Positions 8,564 to 17,577 of a stretch of DNA of 64,000 bases are shown one piece after another. Made by a program: the position numbers and the translations under genes. Each line of letters starts with the position of its first letter. Positions within the stretch are counted from its first letter, which is position 1. Source of the DNA: Candidatus Micrarchaeota archaeon (GTDB lineage Archaea > Micrarchaeota > Micrarchaeia > Anstonellales > Bilamarchaeaceae); NCBI GenBank assembly GCA_043827025.1, contig JBDRPL010000010.1, positions 1-64,000 of the forward strand, written 5' to 3'. The notes beneath the pieces are model-generated. The model did no database searches. It saw nothing but the letters and a program-made list of their open reading frames with translations, and was not told the origin of the DNA.

Positions 8564-10188
8564 GTATTATGGATTTTGAATCAGCATCGGCATATGCCAG
8601 GAAAATAGAAAAAAGCGCTTTACCGTCAGTGCAGTATGAAGGTGAAGTTGAGTTTTCCCTGACAGTCGACCTATCTCCAAAGGAAATAGAGGATTTTGTA
8701 TATCAAGATTTGTTGAATCTTTATCAGAAATTGGGCAAGATAAATAAGACTTCAAAACTTTTCAGTGGACAGGTCTCAGTTGCCAAGTCCTCGGCAAGAT
8801 CAGCAGAAGTCGAATCCAAAATGAAATCCATAACAGAAAATGCCCTCAAGAATGTAGATGCATTGAGGAATGTCAAGGCTCCTGAAGAGGTTCCGGTGGA
8901 AGTGAAGAAAGGGCCTGAGGACTTTACTATTGATTTCGAGAAATTCGAACATCCCTCTGAAAAGGCGCCTAAGGAAACTAAGTTCGAATCCGAGTTTGAT
9001 TTTGAAATAGCACCTAGAGAAAAGGAAGTAGGTGTCAGGCCAATCCGGGGCCAAGAGACTCCTGAAGAAAAAGAGGGTTTTGAAATTGAGCCTGATGAAA
9101 AGGAGAAAAAAGAAGAAGTTGATATCGTTGACCTAGAGCCTGAGAAAATAGAGGAAAAATTAGAGGAACAGGTTGGAAAGGCTGAGCGAAAAGAGGTGCA
9201 GAAGAGGCAGATTCCTTCGATACTGAGGTCTGCTGATGAAGCAGCTACAAAGAAATATGATGAGATGCAGGAGCAGCTCCACACCCAGATGGATTCAGGG
9301 ATGAGTGTCACTGATATCCAGAAGAAGATGCTTGATCTCACAAAGGAACTTTTCAAGGAAAAAAACACTTCGAAAAGGGAGAAGATAAAGTTGCAGATTA
9401 CTGTTCTGAAGAATATGCTTAGCGGAACTGCTGGCGAGGCAGGAGTCACTGGTGCAGGCAGGAAGGCCGCGGCAAAAACTCCGTCCGTAGATTATTCAGC
9501 TAAGATGTATGATGCCCTTATTTCAACTCAGAATGCAGAACTTTCGAATGCCAAGGACTCGCTTGTAACTCAATATTCTAACAAACTGAATTCATTGAAA
9601 ACAGAATTTTATAATGCCGTTTCAAGCGTTGATTATTCCGATGTGCCTACAAGGAAGAAGGCATATGGCCATTTGCTGGACTTTTTTACCTCGCTTGTGA
9701 AATCGCTTCCATCTGAGATTTCCAAGAGGAAGGATTTCCTTGTGACTAAGCACAAGAACGAATGGGACAGGCTTGCCAGCTCTCCGGAATTGAAAAAGAA
9801 GAAGGCAGTCGGCTCGAAAATAGATGATGTGTCGTCTTCTCTAAATACTCGATATTCAAAGGAATTCAATTCAGCGAAAGAGATTGTTGTCAGGCAGGTG
9901 GAGGTCGCCATAGAATCGGCTTCCCGTGAAGTTTCTAAAGAAGTGGCTTCGGTTTCAGCGTCCAAGAAGCCTGATCCGACCCAAGTCATCTTTGATATAA
10001 ACAATACTGATGAAGGAACGTTGCTTTATCACCTTCATTCAAATGAGCCTGAATATTATAAGAAATACGAGCGCAATCATGTTTCAAAGTATGAGGCATT
10101 GGCCTATGCCAAAAGCCTCATTGCCAAGGAAAAAGGTTTAAGCAAAGACATTATCAATAAATATTTTGGAAAATCGGGTGAAAAATGA
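8551..10188 (+). CDS. Hypothetical soluble protein (acidic linker, helical/coiled-coil) inside the pilus operon
   Basis: 545-aa ORF overlapping both neighbours; no recognisable motif. Confidence 0.8.
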   Translation: MEFLSIMDFESASAYARKIEKSALPSVQYEGEVEFSLTVDLSPKEIEDFVYQDLLNLYQKLGKINKTSKLFSGQVSVAKSSARSAEVESKMKSITENALKNVDALRNVKAPEEVPVEVKKGPEDFTIDFEKFEHPSEKAPKETKFESEFDFEIAPREKEVGVRPIRGQETPEEKEGFEIEPDEKEKKEEVDIVDLEPEKIEEKLEEQVGKAERKEVQKRQIPSILRSADEAATKKYDEMQEQLHTQMDSGMSVTDIQKKMLDLTKELFKEKNTSKREKIKLQITVLKNMLSGTAGEAGVTGAGRKAAAKTPSVDYSAKMYDALISTQNAELSNAKDSLVTQYSNKLNSLKTEFYNAVSSVDYSDVPTRKKAYGHLLDFFTSLVKSLPSEISKRKDFLVTKHKNEWDRLASSPELKKKKAVGSKIDDVSSSLNTRYSKEFNSAKEIVVRQVEVAIESASREVSKEVASVSASKKPDPTQVIFDINNTDEGTLLYHLHSNEPEYYKKYERNHVSKYEALAYAKSLIAKEKGLSKDIINKYFGKSGEK

Positions 10189-11060
10189 TGACAAAGAAAG
10201 AAAGCGCATCAAATACTTTTGGCGACAAGATATTAAAGTATTTTCCTGAAATGAAGGAAAAACTCATGCTTGCAGATATGAAGGTGGCTCCTGAGCAGTT
10301 TTTGAGTAAGGCAGCCAACTCGGCGCTTATGTTTTCCCTTACTCTTTTAGTACTCAGTGCTTTCCTGCTTGTTCAGATAGGTGTAATTCAGCTTGACAAC
10401 TTTGATCTCCTTTTCACCTTTGTGGTGCTGTCTTTCCTCTTCCTAATCTATCTGTTTTTCTTCTTCTTTTACTTCAAAATGTATCCTGAGGCAAAGCTTG
10501 CAAGAAGGAGAAGGCAGCTTGACTATGAGATTGTCTTTGGTGGAAGGCATCTTGTCATTGCGCTGAAGTCTGGCATGCCTCTTTTCGATGCAATGGTTGG
10601 AGTTTCACAGGGCTATGGGGCTGCTAGCGAGGAATTCTCCAAAATAGTGCAGAAGATTTCAGCTGGCACTCCTATGACCCAGGCAATCCGCGAGGTTGCC
10701 CAAATAAATCCTTCAAATTATTGTGTCAGGGTTTTCATGCAGATTTCCAATTCGCTTTCGTCAGGTGCTGATTTAGGCAATTCGCTTGATTCTGTGCTTG
10801 ACCAGATATCCAAAGAGCAGCTCATACAGCTCAGGGAATACGGCCAGAAGCTTACGCCGATGGTCATGTTCTTCATGGTTTTCGGAATAATCCTTCCGTC
10901 CATCGGAGTTGTGCTTGCGACTGTATTGTTTTCTGTAATAAGCGGAGGAAACATAGGTCTTCCTTCGAGTATATTGCTTTACATATTTGCATTCATTGCA
11001 GTGGTTCAGTTCCTGTTCCTCGGAGTCATCGAGAGTTCAAGGCCAAAATATCTTTTGTAG
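10185..11060 (+). CDS. Type II secretion system F / TadB-PilC-like platform protein
   Basis: LKSGMPLFDAM...YGAASEEF...GTPM...SGADL pattern with N- and C-terminal TM segments. Confidence 0.9.
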   Translation: MMTKKESASNTFGDKILKYFPEMKEKLMLADMKVAPEQFLSKAANSALMFSLTLLVLSAFLLVQIGVIQLDNFDLLFTFVVLSFLFLIYLFFFFFYFKMYPEAKLARRRRQLDYEIVFGGRHLVIALKSGMPLFDAMVGVSQGYGAASEEFSKIVQKISAGTPMTQAIREVAQINPSNYCVRVFMQISNSLSSGADLGNSLDSVLDQISKEQLIQLREYGQKLTPMVMFFMVFGIILPSIGVVLATVLFSVISGGNIGLPSSILLYIFAFIAVVQFLFLGVIESSRPKYLL

Positions 11061-11069
11061 GTGAAATTG

Positions 11070-12134
11070 ATGGCAACAAAACAAAGTTTTTTTGATATGA
11101 TTGGTCGGTTGTTCTTCAGCAGGAATCAGATCAAGTCATTTACGGAGAAAGTGTCCTGTGCAGGAGTTAATATGGAAGCTGAGTCGTTTATTGGCTATCT
11201 TGTATTGCTGATTGTATTGACATCATTCATAGTTGCTGCATTGATAGTAAATGATTCGTTTATCTACAGTTCGATAGTTTCCATATTGAATTCGTTTTTT
11301 ATCATGCCGGAAATCCTGGTATGGATAGTCATCTACATAATTTCGCTTATTGTGAGCTATGGCGTCATTTTCCTTCTTGTCTATTCGCTTCTTTCGCTCA
11401 AGGCTGAAGACCGAAGAAACAAGGTGGAACAGGCTCTTCCTGATTTCCTTTTGATGGTTTCTGCAAATATGAAGGCAGGCATGACTCTTGATAGGGCAAT
11501 GTGGTATGCTGCAAAGCCAGAATTTGGAACATTGTCCAATGAAGTCAAAACTATAATTAAAGGCTCTTTCAGCGGTATGTCTCTTGAGCAGTCTCTTGAC
11601 ACACTGTCAACGCGTTTTGATTCAAGCACCTTCTCAAGGACAGTTTCTCTTATAAAACAAGCATCTTCTTCAGGAGGTGAGATTTCTGAAGTGCTTGAAC
11701 GCACGGCGGGCAATGTCAGGGATACGATGATAATGAAGAAAGAAGTGTCAGCATCCCTTGTGATGTATCAGATCTTCCTATTCTTTTCTGCCATTGTTGG
11801 AGCGCCTTTCCTTTTTGCAGTTGGCAATAAGCTTGTGCAGATATTCGAGAAGCAGTTTGCCATGAGTATGGCTGTTCCGACTTCATCTATATCTACAGGT
11901 TTCACGACGTTGCCTTCTTTTTCAAAATTGCTTATAACTTCAACCGAGTTCTTCTATTTTACCATTGCCACAATATTCGTGACAGTGCTGTTCTCGGCTT
12001 TGATTGTTGGGGTGATAAAGACAGGTTCAAGATCCCAGGGCATAAAATACGTGCCTTTCATGCTTATTGGAGCATATTTAATATATTGGCTTGTTGATAT
12101 GGTGCTGACAACAATATTCATGTCGATAGGATGA
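11070..12134 (+). CDS. Type II secretion system F / TadC-PilC-like platform protein
   Basis: EQALPDFL...AGMTLDRA...EFGTLSNE...SGGEISEVL; multiple TMs. Confidence 0.9.
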   Translation: MATKQSFFDMIGRLFFSRNQIKSFTEKVSCAGVNMEAESFIGYLVLLIVLTSFIVAALIVNDSFIYSSIVSILNSFFIMPEILVWIVIYIISLIVSYGVIFLLVYSLLSLKAEDRRNKVEQALPDFLLMVSANMKAGMTLDRAMWYAAKPEFGTLSNEVKTIIKGSFSGMSLEQSLDTLSTRFDSSTFSRTVSLIKQASSSGGEISEVLERTAGNVRDTMIMKKEVSASLVMYQIFLFFSAIVGAPFLFAVGNKLVQIFEKQFAMSMAVPTSSISTGFTTLPSFSKLLITSTEFFYFTIATIFVTVLFSALIVGVIKTGSRSQGIKYVPFMLIGAYLIYWLVDMVLTTIFMSIG

Positions 12135-12165
12135 TTGTTTTAATAAACTCTGAGGTGAGGTTGAG

Positions 12166-12723
12166 ATGTTTGAAAAGAAAAAGGGCCTGAAAGGTCAGGC
12201 AATGATGGAATATCTGATGACATACGGATTCGCGATATTCGTTATAGTCATAGTTCTGGCAATACTGTTCTTTTATCTTGGACAGATAAACACTCCGGAA
12301 ACATGCGCTTTTGACAAGGCTGATTTTAATTGCCAGTCCCCCCCGCCTGTTTTGGTTGCATCTGCAGGCAGTAATACTGTGAGCATGATTGTCAAGATAG
12401 AAAACAATGATAAAAACCCAATTGTCATAGAGGGTGTCCTATGCACTACTGCTGCAAAAGGAGAGATTGACAAGGCATGGTCAACTGATGTCAGTCCAGC
12501 CACTGGCGGTATAACCATAGGTTCAGGAACAAGTACTCCGATAGATGGCACATGGCCATCAATTGCATGTAAAGGCAAGGATGGAATAACTCCTCTTACT
12601 TTGAACCCTAACTCGGAATTCAAGGGTAATTTGGTTATCTGGTACCACTATACTGAAAGGTTGCCTGGTGAACCATTAAGGAAAGCAAATGCAGTTGTGA
12701 CTGGAAAGGTTTTACAGTCCTAG
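12166..12723 (+). CDS. Archaeal type IV pilin-like protein (class III signal peptide)
   Basis: KG|QAMMEYLMTYG + hydrophobic helix; GAGGTGAGG SD; T-rich tract after the stop. Confidence 0.9.
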   Translation: MFEKKKGLKGQAMMEYLMTYGFAIFVIVIVLAILFFYLGQINTPETCAFDKADFNCQSPPPVLVASAGSNTVSMIVKIENNDKNPIVIEGVLCTTAAKGEIDKAWSTDVSPATGGITIGSGTSTPIDGTWPSIACKGKDGITPLTLNPNSEFKGNLVIWYHYTERLPGEPLRKANAVVTGKVLQS

Positions 12724-12767
12724 TTTTTTTCTTATTTTTCTATTTTATCTCGTTCTAAGGTGTTGTC

Positions 12768-13184
12768 TTGGCAAAGAAAACATTCGTGATTGATTTGATG
12801 AACTGGGTCCATACCCCGCTGCTTGCAGCGAAATCCAGTTCATCAAAGCTGTGACCGAATGGGGCATACCCTATCAGCTTGCTGTGGGGTCCCTTCGGTC
12901 ACATTGATTGAAGCAAGTTCTCCAATTATGAAGAGTTCTGTTCAGAATTCAATAGGACATTCCTTTCTGAAGATGTTCGGAAGACCATGCATTTTACTGG
13001 AAAAAGCCCGGATGCATTCAATGATTATCTCAGGGGTGGTTTTGGGACATTCGAACTCAATGACAAAATTTCGATTGTCTGGAAGCATTCGAAGAAGTCT
13101 GAGAATGAAATCGGCAAAATCTTGTTTGCAAAGTTGATTGGGGTTATAAGACTGCATGAGAATATTGAGCTTGTTCTGAAATGA
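12768..13184 (+). pseudogene. Barstar-like (ribonuclease inhibitor) gene interrupted by a palindromic insertion
   Basis: TTG start after AAGGTG gives MAKKTFVID; after the insertion the same frame reads ID*SKFSNYEEF...FTGKSPDAFNDYLRGGFG...IVWKHS...VIRLHENIEL, matching the barstar DAFNDxLxGGFG motif. Confidence 0.75.
12789..12909. mobile_element. Two-hairpin palindromic insertion with 7-bp flanking duplication ATTGATT
   Basis: ATTGATT at 12789-12795 and 12903-12909; perfect 13-bp IR TTTGATGAACTGG/CCAGTTCATCAAA and 10-bp IR TGTGACCGAA/TTCGGTCACA. Confidence 0.7.
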
Positions 13185-13214
13185 TTTAATAACCTGTGCT
13201 GTCAATCCTTTCCT

Positions 13215-13409
13215 ATGGTCAAACAAACTGTATGCCCGAAATGTAAAGGAAAATTAGTCAAGGGACTCATCACTGAATCACAGTCTTTTCCATTGCAAAG
13301 ATGGGTGGAAAAGATGCCTATTCTTGGGCTTCTTTCGCTCAAGGATACAAAATTAATAACTGCTTACCGATGCAAGAATTGCGGTTTTATCGAGCAATAT
13401 GCGCAGTGA
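13215..13409 (+). CDS. Small zinc-ribbon protein
   Basis: CPKC...AYRCKNCGFIEQYA. Confidence 0.75.
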   Translation: MVKQTVCPKCKGKLVKGLITESQSFPLQRWVEKMPILGLLSLKDTKLITAYRCKNCGFIEQYAQ

Positions 13410-13427
13410 TCTTGCCTGTTTATTCTT

Positions 13428-14609
13428 TCAGCTCCCGTACTTCTTAGCCTTTTCAATCAGATTCAGAATCAGTGGCATCACATTTCTGCCTTTCATATGG
13501 CCCAATCCACCTTTCATGCACGAAATCTCATCAAACTTCTTCACATCATCTATTCTCTCGTCCTTTCCGTAAATAATGATGGGAACTTCATGGCCTGAGT
13601 GTGTCTTTCTTGAGCATGGCGTTGAGTGATCGCTAGTTATAACAAGATACGCGCCGGATTTTGCTAAAATTGGAACCAATTCCTTGTCAATCCTTTCAAT
13701 CATTTTTGTCTTTCCTTTGAAATCTCCATCATGGCCGAATGAATCGCAGGCTTTTACATGCAAGAATATGAAATCATATTTCTTCAATGCATGAATTGCA
13801 GCTTCGCCCTTTGCCTTTAGATTGGTGTTAGCAGTTCCTGTTGCGCCCTTGACTTCAATGATATCCATGCCAGCAAGTTTTGCACATCCTTTGTAAAGCG
13901 CTCCGCCAGAGATGCAGGCGGACAACATTCCGTATTGCGCCCTTAAGCTTGGCACTTCTTTGAGAAAACCGCCGCTTCGGGCAAGAATCACATTTGCAGG
14001 CATTTTCCTTTTCTTGTTGAGGTGGTCTTTTGACAGCCTTTTATGCACTTCTTTTGTAAATTCATTCAATATCCTTGCGGTCTTTTCACCGCGATTATCA
14101 AATGCAACACAGATTGGTTCCATGTTGGTCCTGTCAGTTCCAGTGACCTTGTTGCTAAGGCCATGCCCTCGTAAGATAAGAGCGCCACGATGCTCTACTG
14201 ATGATTTGAAGATTATTTCAACATCTTCCATCTTCATATTGACAAGTTTCTCAAGCTTTTTTGCATCTTCAGTTGCAATTCTGCCTGCCCTTCTGTCGAT
14301 TATTTTCCCGTCTTTCATTGTTGCAAAATTAGCCCTAAATACCAAATCAGTTTTTTCAAGTTTCATGCCAATGCCAAGCGCCTCAAGCGGCCCTCTTCCA
14401 GAATAGCAAATAAGGGGGTCATAACCAAATATGTTCAAATGAGACGTATCGCTTCCAGGAACAACTCCTCTGTCAAAGGAAGACATCAGTCCTGTTATGC
14501 CTTTTTCAGCAAGCCTGTCAAGATTAGGCTTTTTAGCAGCTTGCAATGGGGTTTGAGGCGTTGGTAAATCTCCAAGCCCGTCAATTATAAGAAGTATAGC
14601 GTTTTTCAT
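13428..14609 (-). CDS. apgM: 2,3-bisphosphoglycerate-independent phosphoglycerate mutase (archaeal type)
   Basis: IDGLGD, TPLQAA.KPNLD, PGSDTSH, GRGPLEALG, DSFGHDG, TSDHSTP; start at MKNAILL. Confidence 0.95.
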   Translation of the reverse strand: MKNAILLIIDGLGDLPTPQTPLQAAKKPNLDRLAEKGITGLMSSFDRGVVPGSDTSHLNIFGYDPLICYSGRGPLEALGIGMKLEKTDLVFRANFATMKDGKIIDRRAGRIATEDAKKLEKLVNMKMEDVEIIFKSSVEHRGALILRGHGLSNKVTGTDRTNMEPICVAFDNRGEKTARILNEFTKEVHKRLSKDHLNKKRKMPANVILARSGGFLKEVPSLRAQYGMLSACISGGALYKGCAKLAGMDIIEVKGATGTANTNLKAKGEAAIHALKKYDFIFLHVKACDSFGHDGDFKGKTKMIERIDKELVPILAKSGAYLVITSDHSTPCSRKTHSGHEVPIIIYGKDERIDDVKKFDEISCMKGGLGHMKGRNVMPLILNLIEKAKKYGS

Positions 14610-14670
14610 GAAACTATTGATTAGTTTAGGTTTATATTCTTTTTTGTCTATATCATTATTCCTTATTATA

Positions 14671-16722
14671 ATGGTGGTCAATATCGATGTCGACATTACT
14701 TCTTTGAAAGCGTTGTTCAACGACTTCCTTACTTCCATATATAAGCCCAAGATCAATGATCTTCTGGTAGTCTACCCGACAAAGAAAAGCATTGAGATTG
14801 ACTATGAAGACCTTGAAAAATTCGACCCTGATCTTGCAGACAAGGTTATCACCCACCCAGACATCATCATTGAGGCTGCAAAAGAGGCAATCAAGGACCT
14901 TAACCTCACTCTTCCAGGTTTGGAGAAGTTCGAACCCAACATCCGCTTCTTCAACATGTCCTACAGAGAGATACTGATTGAAAACTTAAAATCAAAGAAC
15001 TTGAATGAAATGGTGTGTTTCAAAGGTGTCATAACTAGAAGGGCGGAAACACTTCATAAAGTAAAACTTGCATCCTTTACCTGCCAAGTATGCGATTCCC
15101 AATTCAAACTAGTGGTGACAAAGAATTTCATACCTCCAAAGAGATGTGATTCCTGTAAAAAATTGGCATTGCAACAATCTGACGATGATAGTACTTTTTC
15201 TGACATTCAAAGGGCAGAGACCCAGGAACTTTTGGAGCGCGTAAGAGGTGGAGCACCATCTGCAAAGATTGAATTATTGCTGGAAGATGATCTTGTAAAT
15301 GCAATCTCCCCAGGAGATAATGTAGACGTTGTAGGCATTCTTAGGTTAAAGCCTCCTCTCAAAACAAAGCAGAAACAGGAGCTAATCTATGGACGATATA
15401 TCGAAGTTGTAAGTATCAAGAGTCTCAAGAGGGATTTCGAGGAAGTGGACATAACCAAGGATGATGAGAAAAGGATATTGGATTTTTCAAAGAATCCAAA
15501 TATAGAGAAAATACTCATAGCGTCATTGGCACCTGGAATATATGGCCATAATGAAGTTAAGAGAGCCATTGCTTTGCAGCTGTTCGGAGGAACAAAAGGA
15601 AAGTCTATGGGTGGCATGCGCATAAGAGACGACATCCACATCTTGTTAATCGGTGATCCTGGAAGCGCCAAAAGCCGTTTTCTACAACAGGTCGGAGATA
15701 TCGCTCCGAAGAGCATCTATGTGAGCGGTAAATCCACGTCTGGGGCAGGTTTGACAGTTACAGCAGAGAAAGACGATTTGGGCGACGGAGGCTGGACCCT
15801 TAAGGCAGGTGCTCTCGTTCTGGCTTCTGGCGGAATGGCGCAGATCGACGAGTTTGATAAAATGGATGATGAGGATCGTGCATCGATGCACGAGGCCATG
15901 GAATCCGGCCAAATAAGCGTTGCAAAGGCAGGCATTGTTGCCAAGTTCAAAGCAAGGACATCTATCCTGGCAGCTGCTAACCCAAAATACGGCAGGTTTG
16001 ACCAGAACAAGAATCTTGCAGATCAGTTTGCAATTCCACCCACCTTATTGAGCAGATTCGATTTGATTTTCCCTATCGTAGATATTCTTGATGAAGAGAA
16101 GGACTCTAAATTGGCGCAGCACATTCTATCAGCTCACATGGGCATTGAAAAGAAACCCGATGATATTGAGTTTGTTGACAAGGAACTATTAAGAAAATAT
16201 ATCTCATATGCAAGACGCCACTCGCTTCCAATCCTGACACAGCAGGCTCTTGAGAAGATAAAGGAATTCTACGTTGATTTGAGAAGAAAAGGTAAAGATA
16301 CTGGTTCAGTTGCAATTACGCCAAGATATCTTGAAGGCCTGGTGAGGCTTGCAGAAGCCAATGCAAAGATGCGGTTAAGCACAACTGTTGACGAGGCTGA
16401 TGCGCAGACATCTATAGAATTGATGGAGTATGTAATGAGGAAGGTCATGACTGACAAGGCTACAGGCGTTTTCGACGTTGATGTTGTTGCAACTGGAAAG
16501 CCAAAATCAGAAAGGGATAAGCTGGAGAAAGTCGATATCATAATTGACATAATTAAGGACCATCTGAAGAGGCATGACAGCGCTGAAATAGATTCAGTGG
16601 TGGGCGATGCGGCATCATACGGTGTGGATGACAAGACTGCCAGGAAGATACTGAGCGAACTCCTTAGAAAAGGCGAAATATATGAAAAGGAGTACGGCCA
16701 TATCAGACTGGTCGGCGGATAG
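14671..16722 (+). CDS. mcm: MCM replicative helicase
   Basis: Zn finger CQVC...CDSC, HILLIGDPGSAKS, IDEFDKM, AAANP, LLSRFD; C-terminal wHTH; no intein seen. Confidence 0.97.
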   Translation: MVVNIDVDITSLKALFNDFLTSIYKPKINDLLVVYPTKKSIEIDYEDLEKFDPDLADKVITHPDIIIEAAKEAIKDLNLTLPGLEKFEPNIRFFNMSYREILIENLKSKNLNEMVCFKGVITRRAETLHKVKLASFTCQVCDSQFKLVVTKNFIPPKRCDSCKKLALQQSDDDSTFSDIQRAETQELLERVRGGAPSAKIELLLEDDLVNAISPGDNVDVVGILRLKPPLKTKQKQELIYGRYIEVVSIKSLKRDFEEVDITKDDEKRILDFSKNPNIEKILIASLAPGIYGHNEVKRAIALQLFGGTKGKSMGGMRIRDDIHILLIGDPGSAKSRFLQQVGDIAPKSIYVSGKSTSGAGLTVTAEKDDLGDGGWTLKAGALVLASGGMAQIDEFDKMDDEDRASMHEAMESGQISVAKAGIVAKFKARTSILAAANPKYGRFDQNKNLADQFAIPPTLLSRFDLIFPIVDILDEEKDSKLAQHILSAHMGIEKKPDDIEFVDKELLRKYISYARRHSLPILTQQALEKIKEFYVDLRRKGKDTGSVAITPRYLEGLVRLAEANAKMRLSTTVDEADAQTSIELMEYVMRKVMTDKATGVFDVDVVATGKPKSERDKLEKVDIIIDIIKDHLKRHDSAEIDSVVGDAASYGVDDKTARKILSELLRKGEIYEKEYGHIRLVGG

Positions 16723-16730
16723 GTGGATGA

Positions 16731-17567
16731 TTGGGTCTTGCAGAGAAATTACTGGTGGTTTTCATAGCGGCTCAGCTATTGGGTTTTTTCACAGGCTTTG
16801 TCCTGGTTAAGGATTCGAATGACAATCCCTATGCCCAATCTTTTTTTGTTGATCAGGATACTTCTGATGTTTCCACGCCCTTCTATTTTTTTATCTACAT
16901 AATCTTCAGTTCTTTTCTTCTATTGATGTTAGTCCGTCTTTTTCCAAACAAAGGATTGATGTTTAAGCTTCTGGAGTTTTTGATAATCGCAAGCGCATCC
17001 TCCATTGTTTTTTATTCGTTCCTGAGATTTGCATTCAGCTATGAAGAAAGCATGTTAGGAGGCATTGCATTGGGCTTGGTGCTTGCATTCATGAAATTCA
17101 ACAGCCTTCCTGTGAAGAACCTCGTTGCAATCATCTCAACAGCAGGAGTAGGGGTCGTGTTTGGCCTTTCATTCCAGATAATCCCGATTTTCATTTTTAT
17201 TGTTCTTCTTGCCATCTATGATTATATTGCTGTGTTCAAGACAAAGCACATGGTTGAATTAGCCGAGTTTGTCATGAAGCAGGACCTTGCATTTACAATT
17301 ACGGTGAGACAGAAGCCAAAAGCAGAAGGAGAAAGAGAACGACTGGATTTGGGAACAGGTGATTTGATTGTTCCGATTGCAACAGAGATGTCTGCATTTG
17401 CCTTTAATCCTATTTCAGCCTTGTTTGTCTTTGCAGGTGCAACTATCTCGCTCTACGCCTTTATCTATATTGCATCAAGGAAAAAGATGATTCTGCCAGC
17501 ATTGCCACCAATCGTTTTCGGGATGGCCATTTTCTTTGCAATTGGAAAGTTGATTGGGTTCTATTGA
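16731..17567 (+). CDS. Presenilin/signal-peptide-peptidase-like GxGD intramembrane aspartyl protease
   Basis: YD (AIYDY), LGTGD and PALPP motifs in a multi-TM protein. Confidence 0.9.
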   Translation: MGLAEKLLVVFIAAQLLGFFTGFVLVKDSNDNPYAQSFFVDQDTSDVSTPFYFFIYIIFSSFLLLMLVRLFPNKGLMFKLLEFLIIASASSIVFYSFLRFAFSYEESMLGGIALGLVLAFMKFNSLPVKNLVAIISTAGVGVVFGLSFQIIPIFIFIVLLAIYDYIAVFKTKHMVELAEFVMKQDLAFTITVRQKPKAEGERERLDLGTGDLIVPIATEMSAFAFNPISALFVFAGATISLYAFIYIASRKKMILPALPPIVFGMAIFFAIGKLIGFY

Positions 17568-17577
17568 ATATATAACT

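Noticed and set aside
12786..12910. Insertion as a BHB-type mRNA intron in the barstar-like gene
   Set aside because: The BHB-like pairing (GTGA/TCAC) would excise 113 nt and produce a frameshift and immediate stop
12909..12911. TGA recoding or alternative genetic code
   Set aside because: TGA terminates many clear housekeeping genes here; a single in-frame TGA in a disrupted gene is better explained as decay
12823..13226. ORFs 12823-13137 (+) and 12942-13226 (-)
   Set aside because: Shadow frames of the barstar-like pseudogene
14671..16722. Intein in MCM (also checked in Cdc48 and the pilus ATPase)
   Set aside because: Lengths are normal and motifs contiguous
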